NCBI GenBank assembly: GCA_964291675.2
Contig: OZ219866.1
Location: 544,001 to 608,000, forward strand
Reading direction: 5' to 3'
DNA length: 64,000 bases
DNA from: Alphaproteobacteria bacterium
Lineage (GTDB): Bacteria > Pseudomonadota > Alphaproteobacteria > MPNO01
The translations under genes and the position numbers were made by a program. Shown here piece by piece: positions 45,557 through 55,043 of the stretch. The notes under the pieces are model-generated. The model saw nothing but the letters and a program-made list of their open reading frames with translations, was not told the DNA's origin and ran no database searches. Each line of letters begins with the position of its first letter. The first letter of the stretch is position 1.

Positions 45557-47205
45557 CCCGCGCCGCGCGCCAGGTCGACGAGCGCCCCGCAATCCCGCGG
45601 CAGACGGTTCCCGCGCCACGCGACGTGATGATCGGGCCGGATCAGGACCAGGTCGGCGCCGTAGATGTCGCGCGCCGCGGGATCCTCGACCGCGGCGACC
45701 GCGAGCGGCAGCCCGGACGCGCCGGCGGCGGCGAGCAGCGGGGCGGGATCGGGCGCGCCGTCGAACCGCAGCAGGGTAAATTCCGGCCCCAGCGCGTCAT
45801 GAAGCGCGCTGCCGGCGAGCCACGCATGGGGCGCGCGGGCGCCCGGACAGGCATTGGGGGCATACGCGTTGGGTTCGTCCGGCGGCGGCGAGGAGCCGCC
45901 GTCGGCGACGATCGGCGAGCCGGCATAGGACAGGCCGAGAAAAATGCCGGGGATGGTGAACTCGAAATGCGCGTGCGCTTCGACGAGCGCCCCGAGGGCG
46001 GCACGCGCGGCGCGTCCGGCGGCGCTGTCCTCCTCGATCGCCGGGTCGATCGGCATGTGGCCGATCGAGTCCGCGAAGCGGCTGGCGAAGGCGGTGTTGC
46101 GCCGGCCGATCGGCCGACGCTCCGCCGCGTAGCTGTCGAGCAGGCCCGGGCCGCCCCAGCCCGCGATCGCGGCGGCGAGCTTCCAGCCCAGATTGACCGC
46201 ATCGTCGATCCCGGTGTTCATCCCCATCCCGCCGGTGGGCGTGAAGAGATGCGCCGCATCGCCGGCGAGAAAGACGCGGCCGAGCCGGTAGCGCTCGGCG
46301 ACCAGCGCGTAGCCCGCCGTCCAGTTCTGCGCCGAAATGACGCGCAGCGGGAAATCCGCCCCGGCGGCGCGCGGAATCATCGCGGCCGGATCGCGCATGC
46401 CGCCATCTGCGGTGCCGAGCGCGGCGATGAACAGGAACCTGTTCCCGCCATCGACCGGGATGAACAAAGCGCGGATTTCGGGGTTGAGGATCCAGTATTG
46501 CCAGGCGGGGTCCTGCGCGAGCCAGCCGGCAGCGGGGTCGGCCTCGAAATAGGTCGCGTACATCGGCCCGCCCATGATCGGACGGATCACCCCGGACTCG
46601 CCCGCGAGCTCGATCCCGAGCGCGGCGCGAACCGCGCTCCCCGCCCCGTCGCAGCCGATCAGGTAGCCGGCCTCGTAGACGGTCTCCGCCGCGCCATCGC
46701 TCCGCCGGGCGCGCGCCTCGACCCGGTCGCCGCGATCGCGGAATTCCTCGAGCCGCCAGCCGAAACGCACCTCCACCGCCGGCAGAGCGTCGACCGCCTT
46801 CTTGAGCTCGGCTTCGAGAAAGAGCTGGGAGCAGCGATGCGGCGGTTCCGCCGATGCCCAGCGCCCGGTGCCGGCAGCGGCTTCGGCCAGCGCCTCGCGC
46901 CGCGACGGCTGCCGGTAGCGGCCGATCTCGTAGCCGTTGAGCCGGGTGAAGTAGGCGAGGTCGGTCGGGTGGTCGTCGTCGAGGCCGCGCGCGCGGACCG
47001 CCCGGGCGAGGCCGAGACGGCGCAGATGCTCCATGCTCCGGCTCGATATCGCGTTCGCCTTGGGATGGGTCGCCGTGGTCGGCCGGTCGTTGAGCAGCAC
47101 GCAGCGGATGCCGCGGCGGCCGAGCTCGATCGCGGCGATCATGCCGACCGGACCGCCGCCCGCTACGACGACGGGAACGCGCCGCCTCTCGGCCGGCCGG
47201 GTCAA
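45535..47205 (-). CDS. FAD-dependent aromatic monooxygenase (PheA/TfdB/MhpA-like)
   Basis: VVVAGGGPVG, YLIGCDGAGSAVR, VFLAGDAAHLFTPTGGMGMNTGIDDAVNLGWKL, LIRPDHHVAWR; TTGA overlap with the ccmI stop. Confidence 0.9.
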   Translation of the reverse strand: MTRPAERRRVPVVVAGGGPVGMIAAIELGRRGIRCVLLNDRPTTATHPKANAISSRSMEHLRRLGLARAVRARGLDDDHPTDLAYFTRLNGYEIGRYRQPSRREALAEAAAGTGRWASAEPPHRCSQLFLEAELKKAVDALPAVEVRFGWRLEEFRDRGDRVEARARRSDGAAETVYEAGYLIGCDGAGSAVRAALGIELAGESGVIRPIMGGPMYATYFEADPAAGWLAQDPAWQYWILNPEIRALFIPVDGGNRFLFIAALGTADGGMRDPAAMIPRAAGADFPLRVISAQNWTAGYALVAERYRLGRVFLAGDAAHLFTPTGGMGMNTGIDDAVNLGWKLAAAIAGWGGPGLLDSYAAERRPIGRRNTAFASRFADSIGHMPIDPAIEEDSAAGRAARAALGALVEAHAHFEFTIPGIFLGLSYAGSPIVADGGSSPPPDEPNAYAPNACPGARAPHAWLAGSALHDALGPEFTLLRFDGAPDPAPLLAAAGASGLPLAVAAVEDPAARDIYGADLVLIRPDHHVAWRGNRLPRDCGALVDLARGAGQTQTTT

Positions 47206-48377
47206 CTTCCCCCGCCGAGCGCGTCGATGCGTTTGGCGATCTCGCCGCGCTCCGGCGAGCTCTCGGGCAGGAGCTCGCGCAGGCGCGACCAGTAGCGGAG
47301 CGAGGCTTCCCTGTCGCCGGTCCGGTCGGCCGCCGCCGCGGCCTGGCGGAGCGCATCGCGCTCGTTCTCCGCCTCGCCGAGCACGCGCCAGGAGCGCGCG
47401 AGCCGCGCCCAGCCCTCGACGTCGTCCGGCTCCTCCTCCAGCCTGAGGGCGAGCCCCTGGACCATGCCGCGGATCATCGCCGCCCGCTCTTCGGGCGCCA
47501 GCCGCCCCGCCGCTTCCACGTCCTCGCGGGTCGGGCCGGGGGCGAGGCGCGCGATCCGCCGGCGCAGCATGGGCAGCCATTCGGCGTCCTCGGGCGACGC
47601 CGCTTCGAGAGCGCGCCAGCGCTCCAGCGCGCCGTCCCGATCCCCCTTCTGCAAGGCCGCGAGGCCCAGGTAATACCCCGCCCGCGGCTCTCCGGGATCG
47701 ATCCGGAGCGCGGCGGCGAAGCCCTGTTCCGCTTCGGTCGTGACCATCCCTCCGTTCGCCGCGGTGAGGGCCTCGGCGCGCAACGACCTGAGCTGGGCGT
47801 CGGCAGGCAGCAGCGCGGTGGCCCGGTCGTAGGCGCGGGCGGCCTCCTCGTAGCGCCCGAGCGAGCCGAGCGAGCGTCCGAGCAGGCGCCAGCCGCGCGC
47901 GTCGTCGGGCCGTTCCTCCATCCGCTCGGCGAGCCGCGCGACGAGTGTCGCCATGTCGTCCTCGTGCTCGGCCGGGCGGGTCGCGGTCGCGGCGGCGCTG
48001 TCGTTCGCCGACCCGCCGGGGACAAGCGGCGCGCCCTGCCAGACATAGAGCCCGCCCGCGGCGAGCGGCAGCACGGCGGCGAGAGAAGCGGCCAGGACCG
48101 CCCGCATTTGCGGGGCGTCGCGGCGCGCGGCGGGCACCTGGCGCGCGGCATCGGCGGCGAGCAGCCGGCGGCCGATCTCGGCGCGCGCGGCGTCGAGCTG
48201 ATCCTCGCTCACTAGGCCGCGGTCGCGGTCGCGCTCGATCTCGGCGAGCTGGTCGCGGTAGATGTCGACATCGTGCTCGGCACGGGCGCGCGGCGGCGCC
48301 TGCGGGCGCAGCAGGGGCACCAGCACGCAGAGCACGGCGACCAGTGCCAGACCGGCGAGAACGGCGAGCAGGATCAC
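47202..48377 (-). CDS. ccmI: Cytochrome c biogenesis protein CcmI/CycH
   Basis: DIYRDQLAEIERDRDRGL...EIGRRLL, followed by TPR repeats; operon position. Confidence 0.9.
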   Translation of the reverse strand: MILLAVLAGLALVAVLCVLVPLLRPQAPPRARAEHDVDIYRDQLAEIERDRDRGLVSEDQLDAARAEIGRRLLAADAARQVPAARRDAPQMRAVLAASLAAVLPLAAGGLYVWQGAPLVPGGSANDSAAATATRPAEHEDDMATLVARLAERMEERPDDARGWRLLGRSLGSLGRYEEAARAYDRATALLPADAQLRSLRAEALTAANGGMVTTEAEQGFAAALRIDPGEPRAGYYLGLAALQKGDRDGALERWRALEAASPEDAEWLPMLRRRIARLAPGPTREDVEAAGRLAPEERAAMIRGMVQGLALRLEEEPDDVEGWARLARSWRVLGEAENERDALRQAAAAADRTGDREASLRYWSRLRELLPESSPERGEIAKRIDALGGGS

Positions 48378-48850
48378 GGCGCCGGATCCTCGTCGAGCAG
48401 CCGCGCGATCCGGGCCCGCTCCACCTCGTCGAGCGTCTCCGGCTCGCGCGGGGAAGCGGCGCGGCGTCGGCGCAGGAACGCCGCGACCGCCACCGCCCCG
48501 ATCAGCAGGATCGCCGCCGGGCCGAGCCACAGCGCCCAGGTCGCCGCCTTGAACGGCGGCGACAGCAGCACGAAGTCGCCATAGCGCGCAGCCACGAAGC
48601 GGATCACCTCGTCGTCGCTCGCGCCCGCGGTCAGGCGCTCGCGCACCGCGATGCGCAGATCCCTGGCGAGAGGCGCGTCGGAATCGTCGATCGACTGGTT
48701 CTGGCAGACCAGGCAGCGGAGCTGCTTGGAAATCGTCCGCGCGCGTTGCTCGAGAACCGGGTCGGCGAGGATTTCGTCAGGCTCGACCGCTTCCGCCGGC
48801 GCGGCGAGCAGCGTCAGCGCGACGGCGATCCGGGCGGCGCGGCGCATCAT
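48374..48850 (-). CDS. ccmH: Cytochrome c biogenesis protein CcmH/CycL
   Basis: LRCLVCQNQSIDDSDAPLARDLR, RYGDFVLL. Confidence 0.93.
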   Translation of the reverse strand: MMRRAARIAVALTLLAAPAEAVEPDEILADPVLEQRARTISKQLRCLVCQNQSIDDSDAPLARDLRIAVRERLTAGASDDEVIRFVAARYGDFVLLSPPFKAATWALWLGPAAILLIGAVAVAAFLRRRRAASPREPETLDEVERARIARLLDEDPAP

Positions 48851-49398
48851 CGGACGAGCTCTTCGAGCAGGGGCAGTATCCGGGCCTCGAGATCGTCCGC
48901 CAGGATGGGGCCGATATGCTTGTATCGGATGCGCCCGGAACGGTCGAGGACGAAGGTCTCGGGATAGCCGTACACGCCCCAGTCGATGGAGACCCGCCCG
49001 CTGCGGTCGGCGCCGATGCGGCGATAGGGGTTGCCGAGCCCGTCGAGGAAGCCGCGGGCGGCGGCGGGCTCGTCCTTGATGTTGATGCCGTAGATCGGAA
49101 CCCCTGCGCGGGCGAGCCGCATGAGAAACGGGTGCTCCTGGCGGCAGGGCGGGCACCACGAGGCGAAGACGTTGACCAGCGCCACCCTTCCCTTCAGGTC
49201 GGCGGTCGCGAGCCCGCCGGTCATGCCCTCGATCGGCGGCAGGTCGAATTGCGGTGCGGGCTTGCCGATCAACGCGGAGGGGACCCGGGCCGCGTCCTTC
49301 TCGCCGCTGCCGATCTGGTGCAGATAGACGGCGAAGACCGCAGCCAGCGCGGCGAAGGCGGCGACCGGGACGACGGTGGAGAGCCTTGGTCCCGCCAT
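48847..49398 (-). CDS. ccmG: Thiol:disulfide interchange protein CcmG/DsbE
   Basis: PSALIGKPAPQF, NVFASWCPPCRQEHP, DWGVYGYPETF. Confidence 0.93.
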   Translation of the reverse strand: MAGPRLSTVVPVAAFAALAAVFAVYLHQIGSGEKDAARVPSALIGKPAPQFDLPPIEGMTGGLATADLKGRVALVNVFASWCPPCRQEHPFLMRLARAGVPIYGINIKDEPAAARGFLDGLGNPYRRIGADRSGRVSIDWGVYGYPETFVLDRSGRIRYKHIGPILADDLEARILPLLEELVR

Positions 49399-49400
49399 GG

Positions 49401-51383
49401 TCAGGCGCCGGCCTCGGCCGCCTTGCCCGCGCGCGCCCGGCGCGGCGCGCCCACCCTGAGCCTGCGGTCGGTGAGGGAGACCGCGCCGCCCGCCGCCATC
49501 ACGACCGCGCCGAGCCAGATCCACGGCACCAGCGGGTTGTGATAGAGCCGCGCGGTCCACGCGCCGGTCGAAGCGCGCTCGCCGAGCACGGCGTAGATGT
49601 CGGCGAGCCAGGTGGTGTGGATCGCCGCTTCGGTGGTCTCGGACCGCTCGGCGGGGTAGCTCCGCTTCTCGGGCCTGAGCACGGCGAGCACGCGGCCGCC
49701 GCGCTCGAGGTCGAAGCGCCCGGTCACCGCGCGGTAGTTGGGCCCCGCCGTCTCCGCCGCGCCGCGGAAGACCAGCCGGTAGCCGGCGAGCTCGGCCGCG
49801 TCGCCGGGTTGCATCGACAGGATGCGCTCGGTCTGCCAGGCGGACGATGCGGTGACGCCGGCCACCACGATGCCGAGCCCGGCATGCGCCAGCGTCATCC
49901 CCCAGGCGCTGCGCGGCAGGCCGGCGGCGCGGCGCAGCACCGCGCCGGGCGCGAGCCGGCCGATACCGATCTTGGCGGCGAGCTCGGCCAGCGCGCCGAC
50001 GAACAGCCACGCGGCCAGGCCGAGCCCGAATGCGGCGAGCAGGTCGCCGCCGCCCGCGCTCCACGCGACCGCAAGCATCGCCGCGACGGCGACGGCGGCG
50101 GCGATGCCGAGCCGGGAGAGCACGCCGGACAGATCGCCGCGCTTCCAGGCGAGCGTCGCGCCGATCGTGCAGGCGAGGAGCAGCGGCACCATGACGGGCA
50201 CGAAGGTCGCCTCGAAGAAGGGCGGGCCGACCGAGACCTTGCCGCCGCCGAGCGCATCGAGGAGCAGCGGGTAGAGCGTGCCGAGGAGGACCACCGCGGT
50301 CGCCGTCGTCAGCAGCAGGTTGTTGAGCACCAGCGCCCCCTCGCGCGAGACCGGGGCGAACAGCCCGCCGCCCCGGAGCCCAGGCGCGCGCACCGCATAG
50401 AGCGCGAGCGCGCCGCCGACGATGAGGACCAGGAGACCGAGGATGAACACGCCGCGCCCCGGATCGGTGGCGAAGGCGTGGACCGAGGTGAGCACGCCCG
50501 AACGCACCAGGAAGGTGCCGAGCAGCGAGAGCCCGAAGGTCAGGATGGCGAGCAGCACCGTCCAGCCCTTCAGCGCGTCGCGCTTCTCCACCACGATGGC
50601 GGAATGGAGCAGCGCGGTGCCGGCGAGCCACGGCATGAAGGAGGCGTTCTCGACCGGGTCCCAGAACCACCAGCCGCCCCAGCCGAGCTCGTAATAGGCC
50701 CACCAGCTGCCGAGCGCGATTCCCACGGTCAGCGCGCACCAGGCGAGCAGCGTCCAGGGGCGGACCCAGCGCGCCCAGGCAGGATCGACCCGGCCCTCGA
50801 TCAGCGCCGCGACGGCGAAGGAGAACGAGATCGAGAACCCGACATAGCCGAGATAGAGAAAGGGCGGGTGGAAGGCGAGGCCGGGATCCTGGAGCAGCGG
50901 GTTGAGACCCTGGCCCTCGACCGGCGCCGGGTCGAGGCGAAGAAACGGGTTGGAGGTGAACAGGATGAAGGCGAAGAAACCCGCCGCCACCAGCCCGTGC
51001 ACGGCCAGCACGCGGGCGCGCAGCGTCGCGGGCAGGTTGTCGCCGAACCCCGCGATCATGGCGCCGAACAAAGTGAGGATCAGCACCCACAGCACCATCG
51101 AGCCCTCGTGGTTGGCCCAGACGCCGGTCACCTTGTAGAGCAGCGGCTTCAGCGTGTGGGAGTGCCGGGAGACCAGCTCGACGGAAAAATCCGACACCAC
51201 GAAGGCGTGGCCGAGCGCGAGGAACGCGACGGCGACGAGGACGAGCTGGACGATCGCCGCCGGCCTCGCCGTCGCCATCAGGGCGGGCTCGCCCCGGGCC
51301 GCGCCGATCATCGGCAGCGTCCCCTGCACCAGCGCCAGCAGGAAGGCGAGGATGAGCGCGAAATGGCCGATCTCGGCGATCAT
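49401..51383 (-). CDS. ccmF: Heme lyase CcmF
   Basis: WANHEGS, LNPLLQD, HPPFLYLGYVG, WAYYELGWGGWWFWDPVENAS. Confidence 0.96.
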   Translation of the reverse strand: MIAEIGHFALILAFLLALVQGTLPMIGAARGEPALMATARPAAIVQLVLVAVAFLALGHAFVVSDFSVELVSRHSHTLKPLLYKVTGVWANHEGSMVLWVLILTLFGAMIAGFGDNLPATLRARVLAVHGLVAAGFFAFILFTSNPFLRLDPAPVEGQGLNPLLQDPGLAFHPPFLYLGYVGFSISFSFAVAALIEGRVDPAWARWVRPWTLLAWCALTVGIALGSWWAYYELGWGGWWFWDPVENASFMPWLAGTALLHSAIVVEKRDALKGWTVLLAILTFGLSLLGTFLVRSGVLTSVHAFATDPGRGVFILGLLVLIVGGALALYAVRAPGLRGGGLFAPVSREGALVLNNLLLTTATAVVLLGTLYPLLLDALGGGKVSVGPPFFEATFVPVMVPLLLACTIGATLAWKRGDLSGVLSRLGIAAAVAVAAMLAVAWSAGGGDLLAAFGLGLAAWLFVGALAELAAKIGIGRLAPGAVLRRAAGLPRSAWGMTLAHAGLGIVVAGVTASSAWQTERILSMQPGDAAELAGYRLVFRGAAETAGPNYRAVTGRFDLERGGRVLAVLRPEKRSYPAERSETTEAAIHTTWLADIYAVLGERASTGAWTARLYHNPLVPWIWLGAVVMAAGGAVSLTDRRLRVGAPRRARAGKAAEAGA

Positions 51384-51832
51384 TCGCCGCCCCCCGGCGC
51401 GCCGCGCCACCGTCCCGATTCCTTCAGCGCGTCGGCCACCTCCTTGGGCATGTAGGTCTCGTCATGCTTGGCGAGCACCTCGTCGGCGCGGAACCGCCCG
51501 TCTTCTTCCAGCCGCCCCTCGGCGACGACGCCCTGGCCCTCGCGGAACAGGTCGGGGAGGACGCCGGTATAGGCGACCTCGATTGTGTTCAGCGTGTCGG
51601 TAACGCGGAAGCTCACGGTCGTCGGATCGGCGGCGCGGAGGACGGAATCCTTGACCACGATGCCGCCGATGCGGAAACGCTGGTTCGGCGGGGGCGCGTG
51701 CGCGGCCACGTCGCTCGGGCTGTAGAAATAGACGATGCTGTCCTCGAAGGCGGCCAGCACCAGGGCCGCCGCGGCGCCCAGCGTCACCATGCCGCAGACC
51801 ACGAAGGCCAGGCGCCGCCGCTTAGGCCGCAT
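51380..51832 (-). CDS. ccmE: Heme chaperone CcmE
   Basis: LPDLFREGQGVVAEG, VLAKHDETYMP. Confidence 0.95.
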   Translation of the reverse strand: MRPKRRRLAFVVCGMVTLGAAAALVLAAFEDSIVYFYSPSDVAAHAPPPNQRFRIGGIVVKDSVLRAADPTTVSFRVTDTLNTIEVAYTGVLPDLFREGQGVVAEGRLEEDGRFRADEVLAKHDETYMPKEVADALKESGRWRGAPGGGE

Positions 51833-52040
51833 CGCCGGTACCGGGGTCGGGGCGGGCGCGCCCGCGCCTCGAACGGCGCGGGCGGTCTTCTTCCAGCTCC
51901 GCGACCTCGCGCCTCAGCGCCCGCAGGCTGCGCACGCTCTGGACGCCGAGCCCGCCGATGACGATCAGGGCGACGGCATAGGCCGGCCAGACGAAGCCCG
52001 CGTAACCGCCCATGGACAGGAATTCGTGGATTTGGGCCAT
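51822..52040 (-). CDS. ccmD: Heme exporter protein CcmD
   Basis: FLSMGGYAGFVWPAY; located between ccmC and ccmE. Confidence 0.88.
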   Translation of the reverse strand: MAQIHEFLSMGGYAGFVWPAYAVALIVIGGLGVQSVRSLRALRREVAELEEDRPRRSRRGRARPDPGTGDAA

Positions 52041-52085
52041 GTTCCTCGACGTCCGCCCCGGCGTAGACCACGCTCCATCATGCAT

Positions 52086-52862
52086 CTAGGGCAAGCCGGT
52101 TCCGGTGTCCATTCCGGCGGCCGGCGGGGCGTGCGCGCGGGCGTGGCGCAGCGCGCGCAGACGCCGCGCCAGCAGCCCCGCGCGGACCCGGACGAAGAGC
52201 AGCGTCAGGAACAGGCAGAGGAAGCCCGCCGCCATCAGCAGCAGCGGCGCCAGCATCGAGTCGTGGATCGCCGGCGCGCCGATCCGGGTCACGCTGGCCG
52301 GCTGGTGCAGCGTGTTCCACCAGTCGACCGAGAATTTTATCACCGGCAGGTTGACCGCGCCGACCAGGGCCAGGATCGCCGACGACCGGTCGCCGCGCGT
52401 GGTGTTGTCGAAGGCATTGGCGAGCGCGATATAGCCGAGATAGAGAAACAGCAGGATCAGCACCGAGGTCAGCCGCGCGTCCCACACCCACCAGCGCCCC
52501 CAGATCGGCTTGCCCCACAGCATGCCGGTGGCGAGGCAGACGATGGTGAAGCAGGCGCCGATGGGGGCCGCGCCGTGGGCGACGACATGCGCCAGCGGAT
52601 GGCGCCAGATCAGCCCGGCGGCGGCACCGAGCGCCATCGTGGCGTAGCAGAACATGGCCATCCACGCCGCCGGCACGTGGATGTACATGATCCGCACGGT
52701 CTCGCCCTGCTGGTAGTCGGGCGGCGAGAACCCGAGCCCGACCACGAGCCCTGCGCCGATCAGCAGCGCCGCGGCCCAGCCGGTCCAGGGCTGGACGCGG
52801 TCGGCGAGGCGCAGGAACCGCGCCGGGCTGGCAAATCCGTGCAGGTTCGACACGAAGCTCAT
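52086..52862 (-). CDS. ccmC: Heme exporter protein CcmC
   Basis: RIMYIHVP, WGKPIWGRWWVWDARLTS, WWNTLHQ. Confidence 0.95.
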   Translation of the reverse strand: MSFVSNLHGFASPARFLRLADRVQPWTGWAAALLIGAGLVVGLGFSPPDYQQGETVRIMYIHVPAAWMAMFCYATMALGAAAGLIWRHPLAHVVAHGAAPIGACFTIVCLATGMLWGKPIWGRWWVWDARLTSVLILLFLYLGYIALANAFDNTTRGDRSSAILALVGAVNLPVIKFSVDWWNTLHQPASVTRIGAPAIHDSMLAPLLLMAAGFLCLFLTLLFVRVRAGLLARRLRALRHARAHAPPAAGMDTGTGLP

Positions 52863-52924
52863 CCGCTACCCTCGCGAATACGACCATACGGAAATAGTAA
52901 TCCCGGCGAGCGCGCTCAATGCGG

Positions 52925-53590
52925 TCATTCCAGCGCCTGGCGGACCGCCGACGCCGACGCCCAGGGGCACAGCGCGGAGGCGGCGAGCGCCAGCGCCGCC
53001 AGCACCATCAGATGCTGGCGGACGGGGTGGCCGGCGATCGCCGCATCGACCGCGGCGGCACCGAAGATCAGCACCGGGATCAGCAGCGGCAGCACCAGGA
53101 TCGACAGCAGCACCCCGCCGCGCCGCGCCCCCAGGGTCAGCGCCGCGCCGACGCCGCCGATCAGGCTGACGGTCGGCGTCCCCAGCGCCATCGCCGCGAC
53201 CAGGGCGACATAGCCGCCGCCGCCGAGATCGAGCAGCAGGGCGAGCAGCGGGCTGGCGACGACCAGGGGGACGCAGGTGGTCAGCCAGTGGGCGAGCATC
53301 TTGGCGCCGACGACCAGCGGCAGCGCGAGCGGGCAGAGCGCCAGCACCTCGAAGCTGCCGTCCTCGTAGTCGCCGAGGAACAGGCGCTCCAGCGAGAGCA
53401 TCGCGGCCAGCAGGGCGGCGACCCAGAGCACGCCGGCGGCGACGCGGGCGAGCAGATTGGCTTCGGGCCCGATCCCGAAGGGAAAGAGCAGCGCGGCGAG
53501 AACGAAGAACATCGCCGCGGTCGCGGCCTCGCCGGGCTCGCGGATGGCGAGCCTGAGCTCGCGCCCGAGCGCGGCGGCGAAGGCGGTCAC
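52925..53590 (-). CDS. ccmB: Heme exporter protein CcmB
   Basis: LFPFGIGPE, LERLFLGDYEDGSFE, LVLPLLIPVLIFG. Confidence 0.93.
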   Translation of the reverse strand: MTAFAAALGRELRLAIREPGEAATAAMFFVLAALLFPFGIGPEANLLARVAAGVLWVAALLAAMLSLERLFLGDYEDGSFEVLALCPLALPLVVGAKMLAHWLTTCVPLVVASPLLALLLDLGGGGYVALVAAMALGTPTVSLIGGVGAALTLGARRGGVLLSILVLPLLIPVLIFGAAAVDAAIAGHPVRQHLMVLAALALAASALCPWASASAVRQALE

Positions 53591-54246
53591 GCCTGGACCG
53601 CCGGATCGGCGGCGTGGCGGCCGATATCGAGCTCCGCCGCATCGCCGAGATCGAGCGGGGCGTTGGTCGAGACCACGCAGCGACCGCCCGCGGCGCAGTG
53701 TTCGCGGATCTCCGCAAGCACCGCCGCGACCGCCTCGCCGTCGAGCGCCACGGTCGGCTCGTCCAGCAGCCAGAGCGGCGCCTCCGCCACCGCGATGCGC
53801 GCGAGCGCGAGCCGTCTGCGCTGCCCGGCCGACAGGAACCGGGCCGGCAGGTCGGCGAGCGGGGCGAGGCCGAACAGATCGAGCGCCCGGCCGATCCCGC
53901 CGCGCCCGCCGCGCAGCGCGGCCCAGAAGCGCAGATTCTCGGCCACGGTGAGCGCGAGCTTCACCGCGTCGAGATGGCCGACATAGTGGAGCCGCGCCGC
54001 ATGCGCGTCCCGGTCGTCGGCGATGTCGGCGCCCTGCCATTCGACGGTGCCGGATACCGGGGCGAGCAGCCCGGCCATGATGCGCAGCAGGCTCGACTTG
54101 CCGCTGCCGTTGGGTCCGGTCAGCACCAGGGTCGCGCCGGGGGCGAGCGCGAAGTCGAGCCCGGAGAACACCCAGCGGTCGCCGCGCATGCAGTCGAGCG
54201 CGCGGCCCGAGAACGCCGTCGCCGGATCTGGGCTCGCGCGGTTCAC
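53587..54246 (-). CDS. ccmA: Heme ABC exporter ATP-binding protein CcmA
   Basis: GPNGSGKSSLLR, YVGHLDAVK, LSAGQRRRLALAR, LWLLDEP. Confidence 0.94.
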   Translation of the reverse strand: MNRASPDPATAFSGRALDCMRGDRWVFSGLDFALAPGATLVLTGPNGSGKSSLLRIMAGLLAPVSGTVEWQGADIADDRDAHAARLHYVGHLDAVKLALTVAENLRFWAALRGGRGGIGRALDLFGLAPLADLPARFLSAGQRRRLALARIAVAEAPLWLLDEPTVALDGEAVAAVLAEIREHCAAGGRCVVSTNAPLDLGDAAELDIGRHAADPAVQA

Positions 54247-54263
54247 CGCGAGGCGGGCATGCT

Positions 54264-55043
54264 CTAGCGCCGTTCCTCGTAGGACGGGCGCAGGTTCTCG
54301 ATCATCGCCACCAGCCCGTCGAGCGCGGCGTCGATGAAGGCCGTCCCCTGCCCGGCGCTGGCGACATGCGGGTTGCCGAAGATCGAGGCGTGGTTGGTCG
54401 CCGGGTTCGGACGTCTTCGATAGGTGCGCGAGGGCTCGACCGGGGCCACCAGGTCCCAGCCGACGAGCGGCGTGTAGACCCCCTCGATGCGGTCCATCTT
54501 GACCAGCTCCGGCCTTGTGGCGAGCTGGAAGGAGGTCTCGAACTCCCCGCCATGGCCCATCCCGCCGACTTCCGAGCTGCGCAGCGCGTCGATCCCGGCC
54601 GCGCCGGGCTCCCAGTAGCTCACCGCCGTCACCTGGAAGTCGTGCGCCTCGTCGAGATCGTCGACCAGGCGGCGCGCGACGGCGTCGTTCGACGTGCCGT
54701 TGGGCCGGTTGCCGTTGAGGATCAGGAGGTCGGCAAAACCCTGCCTGACCAGCGCCGCGCCGATTTCGTAGACCAGCTCTTGGTAGGTCGGGATCGAGAG
54801 CGAGACCGTGCCGGGAAAGTGCTCGAAGGTCTTGGAGACCGCATAGGGCACGGCCGGCGCGACCACCGCGCCGACCCGCTCGGCAAGGCGGACCGCCATG
54901 TGGTCGGCCTGGTGGGTGTCGGTGTCGCAGGGCATGTGCGGCCCGTGCGACTCGGTCGCCCCGGTCGGCAGGATGACCAGCCTGCCCGCCTCGATCGCCG
55001 CGCGCACCTCTTCATGGGTCATGTGGGCGAGGCGGACCTCCAT
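54264..55043 (-). CDS. Creatininase-family amidohydrolase
   Basis: LPTGATESHGPHMPCDTD, FPGTVSL, HGGEFETS. Confidence 0.88.
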   Translation of the reverse strand: MEVRLAHMTHEEVRAAIEAGRLVILPTGATESHGPHMPCDTDTHQADHMAVRLAERVGAVVAPAVPYAVSKTFEHFPGTVSLSIPTYQELVYEIGAALVRQGFADLLILNGNRPNGTSNDAVARRLVDDLDEAHDFQVTAVSYWEPGAAGIDALRSSEVGGMGHGGEFETSFQLATRPELVKMDRIEGVYTPLVGWDLVAPVEPSRTYRRRPNPATNHASIFGNPHVASAGQGTAFIDAALDGLVAMIENLRPSYEERR

